Positions 1 to 13,273 of a stretch of DNA of 64,000 bases are shown here, piece by piece; position 1 is the stretch's first letter, and every line of letters begins with the position of its first letter. Below the pieces are notes generated by a model, which ran no database searches, was not told the origin of the DNA, and was given only the letters and a program-made list of their open reading frames with translations. The translations under genes and the position numbers were made by a program. This DNA comes from Ruditapes philippinarum (Eukaryota), in contig NW_026855094.1 in NCBI RefSeq assembly GCF_026571515.1, positions 1 to 64,000 of the forward strand. Reading direction: 5' to 3'.

Positions 1-1569
1 TTAAAACGCGTTTTATACAATGATTATAAACCAGGTTTATATAAGTTGGAACTAAAATGAAATAAAGAAAAACTACAAAAATATGGAATTTCTTTGGTCA
101 TACTTTATGTTCACTCTTCTACACGATCAGGTCTACATTTGGCACATTTTCCATAAGTATTTCAAATATTCATAAAAACAATAGAAAGATATCATTTGAT
201 TATTCTTATGAAATGTTGCATAAAGTTCTAAGTGATTTAGATTTTATAATGAACATTTTATATGATGAATAATAATATTTAGATGTAGATTATGTTATTA
301 TTTACTACATGTATACTGGTTTCCTAACAGTTTCCGGTCCCAAATCGCACTTTTTAACAATAAATAAATGAAAATCTGTCTACGGAAGAGTACACAATTT
401 TGACAAAACAAAGTTAGGTACCTGTCTAGCATTACTGTTTTCAATGTTTTTCTTCAATTTTACTTTTTAATTTGGAATAAAGGCCTGAAATGTAACACCT
501 TTTCTCACTTTCATTCAAAATTTCATAGCAGTTTTCCGGACATTTTTTTATTTTGAATATAAATTCAGTACCAGTGAGCAATGTTAAGATTTTTTTTTTT
601 TCGTTTTTTTTTTCAAAAAAAAATACAATGTTTAAAAGTATTTATTTATCTAGAATGGGATCTAATTTATTGTGCATGGGCATTCAAACTAGAATTCCCC
701 ACATGTTGCTTATTTTTAAATGTCCCAAATTCTCTTATGTATCTTTAACAACAGGCATAAGTTAAAAACATATCAATCGCTGTACTATTTTAACTGCTGT
801 TAATTACATAGAAAACAAATGTTTCTCTGATTAATAAAGTAGCATAGATGCCTAATTGATAAAAAAAATAGAATGTACTGGATGGAAATGATGAAGGACC
901 AGAAACCAGTATGTTTCTCGACTTTGCCAACAGCTTCCATGTATAATGATGTCGTGGTTTGTTGTTATGACTAATTATTCATTGTATTACAGACCTTTCA
1001 TTTTAGACAAATTCACTTTAATATTAACAAATTGTATGACTGAACGTTAGATTTTTATCTCACATTGGAACATAAAACATATTGTTTTGATTGCCAATTA
1101 CGTTAATTGCCTATTTCGTTTGAATTATTTGCATTTTAATGTCCAAAAAAGCGGAATTGTCTTTTTTGTAAATAATGTGCATTGGTTTATTAATGAATTC
1201 CATAGTGAATCAAAGGCCAGTCGTAGTGAAAAAAAAATCATATCAGATTTATAGTTAATTTATATTGTTTTTTGTAAGAGTAATTAAATTACAAGGATAG
1301 TTCAATCATAAAATATCAGAGCAGACAATTGATGTTCCGTGAATGCACTTGTAGAATGCACAGATGAATCATGGATATAAGTTACTCGTACTTGCACAAA
1401 TCATTGTCCGTATGATAATTAAACAAAAAATAAAAATAAAATGAAAAATAAATAAATAAAAAAGATGCCGATTTACATATTTTCACATTAAGTCTAAAAT
1501 GCTCATTTCACAATGCCTCTTTTGGAATGCAACAGTTCTCAAATATATGTATTTTATTGTGAGAATGCA

Positions 1570-1665
1570 GTAACGCAGTAATAGGCAAATAACTCAAGAA
1601 TTGTGCAAAAGTAACGCAGAATTGTGCAAAAATAACGCAATAATTGTGCAAAAGTAACACAGAAT
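1570..1665 (+). repeat. ~21-bp tandem repeat (GTAACGCAGAATTGTGCAAAA), about 4 copies
   Basis: Direct repeats visible; shorter version in the duplicated copy at ~7158-7200. Confidence 0.75.
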
Positions 1666-3406
1666 TTCTCAGTTTTGTTGAGGTAATTCTTTTCGGCCTC
1701 TGGCAACAGTTCTAAATGTCATCCCTGATACCTCGGGACACCAGGTTTGACTGTTCCACAAACACCCATGAAATAACTGTATACTGTTAACTGCTCGACA
1801 TCCTGCCCAGGAACAGTAAGCTGGGTGAACAGTGCAGTGTTGAATTCAAAACTAACTCCTGTAATCAAGAGGGTAAATTACCAACACCGTCACTCCAAAA
1901 GTCTAAAAATATAAAATATAAATTTTATTACAGATATCAAAAATGGTTTACAAACGGAAAAATGGCAAAGGTAAATAAAATTAATACCCAGATTTAAATT
2001 GAAAATTGTACTAGTATTTTAGTATTATCCTTGAACCGGTTTAAGTGTTAAAACGCATTTTAAAATTTGGTGGGTTTTTTTCGCAGTCAAAAAAAACCGA
2101 AAACCGGAGTGAGCGAACTTTTTTTGTTCTTCTCCGTGAAAGAACCTTCATCATTTCAAAATATAAATACAAAGTGTGTTCCAGAATTAAAACAAAATGC
2201 TCTAAACGTTCCAATATTACCTGTAGGCTTAAAAGAACAATTGTTGACAGGCTTAGAATATATGTCACAGATTGAAAAAAACAACAAAAAAAAACGTTTT
2301 AACCATGTGACACATAATACAAATTAAAAGAACTTTTCTAATGGAGGAACATTTAAATGTTAATATCACCATGAATGTTCATTTTAAAGTAACTTGTATT
2401 TACATCAAAGGTTTGTATTAATCATACAGACTGTATTAATCATTCCTGAAGAAGATTAATTACACAATGGAATATTAAGTACTGTTTTAAAGTATCATTA
2501 ACATGAAAAAAGCTTTCCAAAATGCAAATTTTAAACAAAAATTAGGTTAATGGATTTGTAAATAATAATACAATTGATTGATCGGAAATTGATTTTGAAA
2601 TATGAAAACTACATTATGAATGACCGATTCTTGCTGTTAAAGCAACACGCCTCCAAATACATTTTTGAAAATGTATTAAAAAGGAAATATTGTGAAGTGT
2701 ACACAAGAAAGTAATTTATACATTGCAAACGACGCTTGCTACCCTCGTAAATTACCATAAAGAGGTCTAAATATGAGAAAATAGCACTTATTGTGTTAAT
2801 AACGCAGTAGAAATATGTGATAAACCTACAGAATCAGTCTTTATTCACACAAAACGTGTAAATTACTACTTGAGTCTGGAACCTTTTTACGTTTCTTAAA
2901 ATCTTAGGACATTTCATTCGAGTATGATTTTCTTGAAATACTTTGGCTCATCTAAAGGCATGTAGCTTTAAAGGTCGACAATGCATAGAAATGATTTTCA
3001 AGACATAACTTTGCTAAATGAATGGAAGTCTATATTATTGCGATTGTTCTTATGTGCTTTTTGCTTTAAAAATGACAATCTTCAACATACTCAAAAGAGT
3101 CTGAAGATACATTATATTGATATATAAGAAACTATAGAAGTCCTCTTATTGACGACATTTTTTTTAATCACCAATGATTCAGGTGGTTTATAGAAGGCAC
3201 AAATTAGTCGAAATTACTAATAGAACATAATATTGTTCTGTTATGAGGAGAGGTTAATAAACTAGCGTTTAATATATATTCTATTATTGTCAAAAATATT
3301 ACTAAAAAATTGATAAAATACTCCATTTTCCACTTGTTTTGAAAATTAGAGAAACAAATCACTTTCATATCACCTACAAGTAAATACAGTTCATCAAATT
3401 TATCGA

Positions 3407-3663
3407 ATTTGATTCGTTTGGGATTTAGTCACACCGACACAGTAAAGGTCATATGGCCACGTTCGAGGAAGACCTCAGGAGCCCTTCCGTGCATTATTTC
3501 AGGCAGAAACGGGCACCTGAGTATAATCGAAGACGTTCCGTAAGCTAGCTGAATAGCTTTCTCACATGAAAGAATAAAAAAAGTCTCTGTTGGGATTCAA
3601 GCCCACAGCGGTGAGGCCAAGTGATTTGAAGTCAACGACATTAATCACCGGGCCACGGACGCC
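3407..3663 (-). mobile_element. tRNA-derived SINE
   Basis: Minus strand starts GGCGTCCGTGGCCCGGTGATT (A-box-like) ... GGGCTTGAATCCC (B-box-like); same body recurs at 9372-9681, 43150-43359, 16345-16545 and ~47030-47095. Confidence 0.8.
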
Positions 3664-6435
3664 AGAGCCTTGTGTGTTACTTCCATTATCACTAATCCTT
3701 AGTTGGAAAAGAAATTCAGATAAAATGGAATATCCAAACGGCATCTTAGCACCGTCAGATTTATTAGAATTGAATATATCGAAAATAGTTTTAGCACCAG
3801 ACAGTCACAAATTTCCTCTGTCAGCTACATGTTTTAGAAACGTCAATCACTAATGGAAGTATGCATGTTAAAATACTTTAGAAATTTAAGATGAACTTAT
3901 TGAGGTAAACCAAAGGCAGTCGATGCGTGGCTTGGATACTGGATAGTATACATGCACATGACCACGCCCACTTATTTTTATAAATAAACATTTTTTTTCA
4001 CTAATAAAATATTTTTTAGACTCAAAAAGTTTTTAAAATGTCTTATTTTCAAAAAAACATCAAAGGAAAGTTGTTTTTTAAAAATTTCATCCACATACCC
4101 GGTAAACTATACATATAGTAAAGGCAGCGGATCTACCACCAGGCCTTAATTTATCTCTCAGATCTTTGTTAATTGTCAACCAATTTTCACCAAATAAAGA
4201 GCAATCTACGCAGAAAGGATTTCTCTTTTGAAAAATGTACAATATTAGACCAGTTAGTACGACAAAAGATTGAATTTTAAAGCGAAAATGCACTTTTTGT
4301 CTAGGTCGGACATTGCTTGACCGAGCCTTAAGAAGAGGATTTTGAACATAAATCGATCTTTTTTCTGAATAACAAACTAATGTCAGTGCATGCAAACAGT
4401 TGAAACAGAATAGGCAGCTATGTAGGAGCACATTTGTCTCGGAGCACATTTGTCTCACGAAGTGTGGCCGATGTGCTCGTAAACATTCATATTTGCGACA
4501 ATTGGAGATGAGACAAATGTGTTCGACACACAATAGAAAGGACAACACTCGAAGCACATTTGTCTCACATTCTTCCATAAAATTCTAAAGAGGTAACAAG
4601 TACAAATGTTGCCTTTATGCAGCAATTGAGAAGCTCCGCGCAAAAAATGCGCTCATTACTGTTACTGTATGACAGAGGGGCCAGATATTAAATTAAAAGA
4701 AAATGCTTTCACTGATGCCTACCTGATAAGGAAAGTAATTCCTGTACGAACAAGACTTACAAGACTTGTAAGTGTAATGTGACATGACAGTAGCGCAACT
4801 TTGTTCTGTTTGTGTCACTACTGTAGGCAGTTATATTAGATGAAAAATATCAAAGCATGTTCATTTTCTTTTTCACCTATAATGCTACTCATTTTTCTAC
4901 AAATATCAACAACTAATCATTGTAGGAAATATTAAAATCCACCCGAAATAAGCCAAATCTACTTTAGTTTTCAAAATGTCCATTACATGTTTCGCTACAA
5001 GAAAGGCATTGATGCAAAGCATCAAATGGCTTCCAAGCAAGAAATGCAGCAAGTGACGATGAACTAGTAGACATCTGATGACCAGATATTCTTTTTAACT
5101 TTTCAATGGTTAATTGGATTTTACCAAAATTGTACATATATATCATAGATGAATGGGCGGACGAAAAACATTGTTCATCATGAACTTTGGTCGGCTTGCT
5201 AAAAATAAAAAATATTAAATGTATTTTCTTTGAAACATACAAAACAGTATTCAAATTGAACAAAGTCTGTTTTTTTTATTATAATTGTAAGAAATATACA
5301 AAACAGCATATAAAAATAGTAACAAAAGAGACTAATATTGTAATAGAACAGGCATTTTTTCTATCAAATGAAGAAAAATGGTTTCTTTTGATGGCTTGAA
5401 CTTAATATACAGTAGCTATATTTTAAGTCTCAGATGAATACTGAAAGAAGAACACACACTGGAATGAAATATTTGGGATGAATTTCTAAAAGACAATATT
5501 CAGGATTTTCTTTTGTTATACACGTTAACAAAAATAATGGTACATTTAAAATCATGAATAAATTTGCATGGCATGTTGATATATTGAAACATTATTTATC
5601 AATGAATGACTGTTACCTGTATTTAAGACAGGTATCATAGGGTATGTCTATGAGGAAATTCACTAACATCACGTTTGATATAAAAACTACTTGACATAGG
5701 TTATAAATAAAGAGCTATTGTTAATTGATTGATTGGGAGATGAATCTACTATTTTGTTGAATTGCTTCAAAATCCTCGTCTCACCCGCCAGTGTGTTTAC
5801 ATTCCTGTCAATAAACCCATAATATTCTGTTGTTAAAATACATGTCGCAGTATTCGGCAAATCAAACCACCATAAAACCGATTGCCTTCAAAGAAAATGG
5901 AATCAACTTCTAACAGCAAAAATTCGGGACACAGGGGTCGATTTAAATAATCAGGGAAGCTATTAATTTACTTTAATTTTTTTTCGATAAGTTATAAAGG
6001 GTGCAATTTATGGTTGACTATGTTTGCATTTCATTCTGCAATACTCTACAGTTCGTTCATTTGCCATAGCGGTTAATAAAACTACTTCTATAAATAGATT
6101 TTCGGACTTTCTCAATGTTTAGGTCATAGGCCCTATCTATTTATAGCTTTGTTCCCGTTCTCATTCATTAAGAATCACAGAAGGGGAAACTAATATATGA
6201 CTTTACATAATAGAAATCGAAAGGAAATCGTGCTTCTGAATTTAATTTTAGCTTTAAATCGAAGAGATTAATTGATAAAAATCGGGTCCATGGACAAAAA
6301 AAATAGTCAACACACAGGCGCGGAGCAATAATTATGCCCGTCCGTTTACCGGCTACCAGCCTGTGTTTTTTATATTTATAGAGATAGAGAGATGGTCTAT
6401 CAAATCTATTATTTGGCTTTACAGCGTGATAATAA

Positions 6436-6550
6436 TAGTCTATATTTAGATACCTAGTCTATATTTAGATACCTAGTCTATATTTAGATACCTAGTCTAT
6501 ATTTAGATACCTAGTCTATATTGAGATACATAGAGTCTATATTTAGATAC
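6436..6550 (+). repeat. 19-bp minisatellite (TAGTCTATATTTAGATACC), about 6 copies
   Basis: Four perfect and two variant tandem units. Confidence 0.95.
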
Positions 6551-7386
6551 TTTACCTTCTGCTGCTACAGTCTTTAATTGCTGTAAAAGAGGTTACTATA
6601 CCTGTTACTTTTCTCACTATTTGTTTATTGAAACACCAAAATAATAATAACAATGCGTGGACATTGTTAAATGTTTTGCCAATCAAAAAATGGATATTTG
6701 ATAATAAAGGATATCTGGAATAGTGCAAACAAATTTATATAAATTATACTGTCTATTTCAGATCCCTTAATAAGTGACTTGGTGCCATCGGAACATCACC
6801 AATTCCTGGAACTTGCTGCGAGTTTGATAATTCTAGCTGTCACATTACGGCAGGTAATTGTAAACTGTTTGTGGGTTTTGTTTCTAAATTTGTGCACTGT
6901 TGTTCTGCATCAATTTCTCTGCATTTTCATGCGAACTTTTAATTTTGCTTTATTTGAACGCTGCCTGTAAAATAATAATTGAGCAATGTCTGTATGATAA
7001 TTTAAAAAAATAACCTGCTAATTGAACCAAACAACAACAAAACAACAACATTTTATCACATTAAATCTAAAATGTTCATTTCACATGGCCTCTAGTGTAC
7101 CGCAACAGTTCACAAATGTGAGAATGTACTATCACCGTGAATATGCTGTTACGAAAATAACGCAAGAATTATGCAAAAGTAACGCAGAATTATGCAATTC
7201 TGCGGCAAAAACTCTTCGGCCTCTGGCAACAGTTCTAAATGTCATCCCTGATACCTCGGGGCAACAGTTTTGGCTGTTTCACAAACACCCATGAAATAAC
7301 TGTATATATTGGTAACTGCTTGACATCTTGCCCAGGAACAGTTAGCTGGGTGAACAAATTCAATGCAGTGTTGAATTCAAAATGAC

Positions 7387-7739
7387 TTTTTATCACACAC
7401 CCGTGCCGATTTTGCGACTCCGTAAATATGGTATTGCACGGCCGTGCATATATTTTGACGTGACGTCATTTGCGCTTTACAATTGTAGCTTTAAGGGGCG
7501 CTAAATATTAGCGTTATACTACAGGCCCGTCAATAAAAAGGGTTATTTTTCCACTTCAAATGGTCTTGTTTTTGGTATGTGATAAAAAGAATATTACATT
7601 TATGTAAGTTCATTACTAAATTTATTGCACTCGTTGAATGAAATAATATTATGCTCGCCAGAGGCTCGCAAAATATCATTTTTATTCAACTCGTGCAATA
7701 AATTCAGTATTGAACTTACACTCATTCAATATCCTCTAT
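7387..7739. mobile_element. Non-autonomous TSD-less element with large subterminal hairpin (Crypton-like, tentative)
   Basis: Absent from the paralogous site (~1855); ends TTTTATCACAC...ATCCTCTAT; ~115-bp palindrome centred on CTCGCCAGAGGCTCG; second copy at ~29387-29737. Confidence 0.75.
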
Positions 7740-8965
7740 CTCCTGTAATCAAGAGGGTAAATTACCAACACCGTCACTCCAAAAGTCTAAAAACATAAAA
7801 TATAAATTTTATTACAGATATCAAAAATGGTTTACAAACGGAAAAATGGCAAAAGTAAATAAAAATCATACCAAGATTTAAATTGAAAATTGTATTTTTT
7901 TGCTATCGTTGAACTGATTTAAGTTGAGTGTTTCTGTTTAAACGCATTTTACAATTTAATTCTGGTCATTTTTCGCAATCAAAAACGAAACGAGAGGATG
8001 ATCTGAAATTTTGTGCATAAGTTATTGGTCCAGGCTTTTCATTCCAATCATGACAAAATGATCTCAGTGACCTTGCATTAGCGTCACACAAAAAAGAACA
8101 ACAATAGTTAACGGGTAATCGGTCTAATGTCTAAGTAATCTCATTTAAATATATGTCACAGATTGAAAAAAAATCACCATATGACATAAAACACAAATTA
8201 AAAGAACTTTACTAAAAGAGGGACATTTAAATGTCAATAACATCAATGATTTATCATTTAAAAGTTTCTTGTATTTACATCAAAGGTTTGTATTAATAAT
8301 ACAGACACACATTTATCATTCCAAAAGAAGGTTAATTACACAGTGAGTGGAATATTAAGTACTGTTTTAAAGTATCACCAACAGAAAAAAGGCTTTCCAA
8401 AATGCAAATTTAAATTACACGGGTTAATGGATTCATAAATAATAATACAATTAATTGATCGGAAATTGATTTAAAAAAATGAAAACTACCTTATGATTTA
8501 TCGCTTTTTGCTGTTAAAGCATGTCACAAGATTTATGCTTATTATCATGAGAAAAAAAATTAAAATGTATTAAAAAAGTAAAATATTCTTAAGTGTCCAC
8601 AGAAAGTAATTAACGCATTGCAAACGGCGCTTACAGTCCACGTAAATTACCCAAAAAGAAGTCAAAAGATATGCGAAAATTTACCCTTTACCAGGCGTTT
8701 AATAACAGCGAGTAATAAATGTTAGTTGATTAATGGCCTGAAAAACCCCCGGGCCCTTTATTCGAACATAGAAATTTAAACCCTTTACTTATTTTCCTTG
8801 GGAACCCCCTTTTTAAAAAATTTTTAAACATTTTATTAAAGGGTTTGATTTTTCTTGAAATGCTTTGGCTCTGAAATCTAGAGGCACATTAATAGAAATT
8901 ATTTACAAGACATAACTCTGCTAAAGGAATGGAAGTCTATACATTATTGCCGATTGTTCTTAGGT

Positions 8966-8996
<31 letters not shown>

Positions 8997-9371
8997 TGCG
9001 CTTAAATAACAATCTTCAACAAAATACTCCCAAAAAGAGTCTGAACAATACAAAATGTATATTGATATACAAGAAAGACACGTACTCCTCTTCCCTTTTG
9101 AACGGACATTTTTTTTTAATCACCAATGATTCAGGTGGTTTATAGACGGCACAAATTAGTCGAATACTTATATAGAACATAATATTGTATTATTATGAGG
9201 GGTAAATAAACACGCGTTTTAATATATATGTTATTATTGCCAAAAGTTTTTACTAAAGAAATGATACAAAAAAAACCCGCAATTTCCTATTTTTTTTCCT
9301 GAAAATTTGGTGAAACAAATCACATTTATTTTACTTATATTGCCTACAAGTAAACAAGTGAATTATCAATA

Positions 9372-9681
9372 ATTTGGTTTGTTTGGATTTATGTCACATC
9401 AAAACCCGTTTTTTAAAGTCATAAAGGCGACGGGTTTCCCGCTTTACAGTTGGGAGGAAGATCTCAATGCATTTCCGTTTCCCTTTTTTTTTAGGGACGA
9501 AACAGCAAACCTTTAGTTTTAACCACCCCACGTTCCCCGTAAGCTAGCTGTATTTAAATTCCTCAGATGAAAGAAAAACCTAATCCCCTTTTTTTTTTTC
9601 GGGGGTTTTGAACCCCCCAGGGTAAGGGGACCCAAATGATTACGAAGTGAACGACCTTAACCACCCGGCCACGGACGCCCC
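9372..9681 (-). mobile_element. tRNA-derived SINE (duplicated copy, error-rich)
   Basis: Same family and same insertion point as 3407-3663. Confidence 0.75.
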
Positions 9682-10461
9682 GATCCGTCGGTTAAAGATA
9701 TGTTTGTAGATTTCTCGTCATTTAATAGTATGACCTAATGATTCAAGTTAAAGTAAAATATTGACATAACTATATTTTTCATATTTAATACTTCTTTGTT
9801 CAGAGCAGGTCAGTTAAAGTGAAAATTAAGACGAAGTATACACTCATCTTACACCCTTTCGTCTGTTACTTCAAATCTTTTTTAAAGGGAGACAACCTTT
9901 TCTTTTTCACACAAAGAAATATTTAGTTAAGTCCCTTTATTTTTGTTGAGCTAAATAGAAAATTAAAATTTCAAGCATTTTTTTTTGTTTTTTTTTACCC
10001 CCATTCTAAAGGAACTTTTTAATGGTTAATTCTTTTTTTCTAATTTTTCCCGACCATGAAAATTTATCAGTTTCCCCCCCAAAAAATTTTAAAAAATTTA
10101 AAACCCGACTAAAATTTTTATCAAGTTGACATAGGATGATAACACTCAATTATGGTATTAATCTTTTCACTTTTGTTTATTCTCGACTTATTTATTTTCT
10201 TTTTAATTACCACTAGATTTTATTGAAATGAACAGGTACAAAATGTGCCTTTTCATTTTCTGTATATAACGCATACTTGAATTTTAGCATTAACAAAATA
10301 TTTTATAATTCTAGCTTTAAAAAACTTTAATAGTTTTTAGATATTTTTTTCTGGTAACTGAGATAGTTATTTTTTTATTACTTGCTCAAAATTATTTGAC
10401 AGTATTTTGATGATTATGCCTAGGTGTATCAGTGGCTAAATATTTTCATTATTTATTTCAG

Positions 10462-13273
10462 TTAACGGATGAACAGAAAAAATGTAAGTATATTTCATAT
10501 AAATATGCGGGTTTTTAAAAACATTCACCGAAAATCATTTAGTTATGCCAGTGTGTTATTCGATTTCTACATAAGTTACCTTCTAAGAAAAATGGTTTTG
10601 GTTTCATAATACAGAGATTAACCGGAAAAAATAATGCTCTTTATTTAGTGTCACAAACATTTTGAGAAATTTACAAGCTTAGACAAAGATGAAATTTGAA
10701 TATTAAAATGTATGTTATATTCTCTTTGGATGTAAGTATCGATGAAGACTTGCCTAATAGTATGCAACCAGTGTAATATAAAGTTAGCCCATTCTTTACA
10801 TTCAATCATTCTAAACACGAGATTTTTCATTGCTTTTTTCTCAATGTAATATTTTTGATATTGCCCTTTAATTAACAATAGCAACAGATCGAATAATTGG
10901 CGATCAATGGCAAACTGTAGCCCACAGTAAGGCCATTTTATGTATATAAAAGCGTTGAAGTGCTTCATAGAATAAATGACGCTCAATGACAAGCTTAAGC
11001 CTTAAAAATGAAGGAATCTGTTTCAGTTAATTTATCTTCTTATCATTTGCAGATGCTACACAGGCGTTTATGTCGCTTGCTGATCGTAAAACAGAGTGTG
11101 TCCCCTACACAAAAGATACTGTGATAGATGCTGTACGACTGTCCGGGCTAAACCCAACAGAGGTTGAGATTGACCAGCTCCTCAAACAAGTTGGAACAGG
11201 TATTGTTGTGTACATTTCAGGTTAAATACTGTAAATTTGCTGCAATTAATGATCCTGCAGGACCAGAAAAATATAACAGCCCTTAAAAACGTTTTGAAAA
11301 AAAAAATATCGAAGTAATCTACTTTCAACTTTTAAAATGATTCTCCAGTATTCTTATATGACAATATTTCGAATATTTCGATACTGTTGTACATTTTAAA
11401 ACTTCGTTAAGTAGTTAATACCAAAATCATAATTACTGTAAAAGTCAGGAAGAAGGGTGATCCCTCGGAAGCATTAATCACAACAAAATTTTATGAAAAT
11501 CACAGACTCGGATTGATAGTGCAACATGCCAATCCCCGGTTTTAGCAGTACTCAATTTCCATCGCTTATAAGTGCTTGAATCAATGATTCTGAAGGACCA
11601 TAAAAAATAAAACAACACTGACGTGAAGTACGGGGCAACTTTTTACAGCTGTAACACGGCACATGACACCTGCTGTTGTGTTGTACACAAATCTGGAAGA
11701 CGGGTATAAGCCATTCTTGATCCGCTTGCATGATGTTAATAAGCGATTCATATACTAGTATTACTTTGCTATCACAGCTGAAAGACCGTTATAGTCTAGA
11801 ACGGAACAATGGATAAAGATTGGCTAGCAGAGGCTGAGTGCACTTACAGATTACCAAGGTACAGACATAAATAATTTTGATTTATTTTACAGATTATGGT
11901 GACAGACTGAAAAAGGATGACTTCCTTTCGATAATGACGAAAGTCGATTGGAGGTCACCAGAGGAAGTAAAAGAAATATTAAAGGTATGTCAAACGTTAT
12001 AATACGTTTATAAGGCACGCACGAGTATACGTGCACTGTTCTGTAAGGCACGAGTGTGACCAGTGTACACAACTGTCATCTAAGATATACATTTGGAACA
12101 TGCTAGTCAGTTGTACAAGTATTATTTTACAGGTTAAATACTATATGTAGCAAGTACACGAATTCTTTAACATCTTGAATATCATATACATTAGAAATTG
12201 TCCTTACACATGAGCGCACACCAAGAGGAACACCCGTGATTGATATGCAAGTATGGTTTTCAACATACTCTTAACCATATTTCAGGATGACTTCCGCCTT
12301 TTCGTTGAAAACCGGCCTGTAATTACGGAAGACGAATTTATCTATATTCTTACACGAGAAGGAAGAGAGAAAATTACCCTGGACGAAGCTCAACAAGTTG
12401 TGGCTAAATTTGATAAAGATCGAGATGGGAATATCCAAATAGAAGGTACAGTACCATTTGTTTCACACCTTGAAGCTGTTGAAATTACAAAGCTACCGAG
12501 GTTCTTACATAACAATACCACCAATAAAGATCCCTTATCAGACTTATTCAGTGGTCTTGTTAATAAATATAAGAACAACTGCGTACTTATCCAAAGATGT
12601 CCTCACATAACAAAAATAAAAATTGACCTAGAGATATTGGACTCCATGTATTCAAATGACATTCATTGCGAGAGTTTGCTATTTGAATTAGCTATATTAT
12701 AAGAACGTTCAAATTTCGCTTTCGTTTCTATCTTATGATAACAAGCCTCAGTTCTGTATATATCAATTGCAAAGCAAAAACAATAAAAATATCACATACA
12801 AAGTCACAATGCTGAATGGTACAGAGTATAGCGAAGTGGTACAATGTCGTTTATTATTGAAAGAAAACTCAGAGTCCCTTCTACAAACTATTTATTGACA
12901 ATACTTGGCAAGCAATTAAGGCTAATGCGAACTAACAAAAATTATTAATGCACTAAGCATCTAAATAAATTTATTTTTATTCAGATCTTTTTGCCATTAT
13001 CTTTAATTCCATAATTCAAATTATGGAAAATTATAAAAACAAAGTTAACACACACTTAATAAGAAAATAAGATACAAATTCCTGCAAAACCAGCGTTTTG
13101 CTCTTCACTAGTACTCATGAATATACAAAGTCTATTCTTATCTATTAAAGTTGCAAAGCTTTCAGATATTTATTATATTAGTATATTTATGCTAAATGAT
13201 TTGCTACCCACTCAATATTTTCTTCTTTTTTTCAGAAATGATCGAAAAGCTTTTAGCTATAGCACCGACTTGA
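10462..13273 (+). CDS. Divergent calmodulin-like EF-hand protein A (~155 aa; first coding exon unresolved)
   Basis: GT-AG exons 10462-10483, 11053-11199, 11893-11984, 12286-12445, 13236-13273 splice in frame: LTDEQKKYATQAF...GLNPTEVEIDQLL...AKFDKDRDGNIQIEEMIEKLLAIAPT*. CaM-like LTxEQ and GxNPTExE motifs; canonical EF4 loop; AATAAA at 13291. Confidence 0.88.

Larger units (their letters stand above)
1400..3663. repeat. Local segmental duplication, copy 1 (paralogous to ~6985-9681)
   Basis: Long collinear matches, e.g. TTCGGCCTCTGGCAACAGTTCTAAATGTCATCCCTGATACCTCGGG at ~1692 and ~7215, and AATCACCAATGATTCAGGTGGTTTATAGA at ~3166 and ~9118. Confidence 0.9.
6985..9681. repeat. Local segmental duplication, copy 2 (with an extra element at 7387-7739)
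   Basis: Collinear with 1400-3663; homology ends at the SINE head. Confidence 0.9.

Noticed and set aside
313-919. Possible MITE with TACTGGTTTC termini
   Set aside because: Only a short imperfect inverted match and no convincing TSD
3590-3663. tRNA gene
   Set aside because: Degenerate A/B boxes attached to a repeated SINE body; this is a SINE head
12446-12702. C-terminal extension of the 149-aa ORF at 12253-12702
   Set aside because: Intron read-through; the donor at 12446 and the exon at 13236 complete EF4 properly
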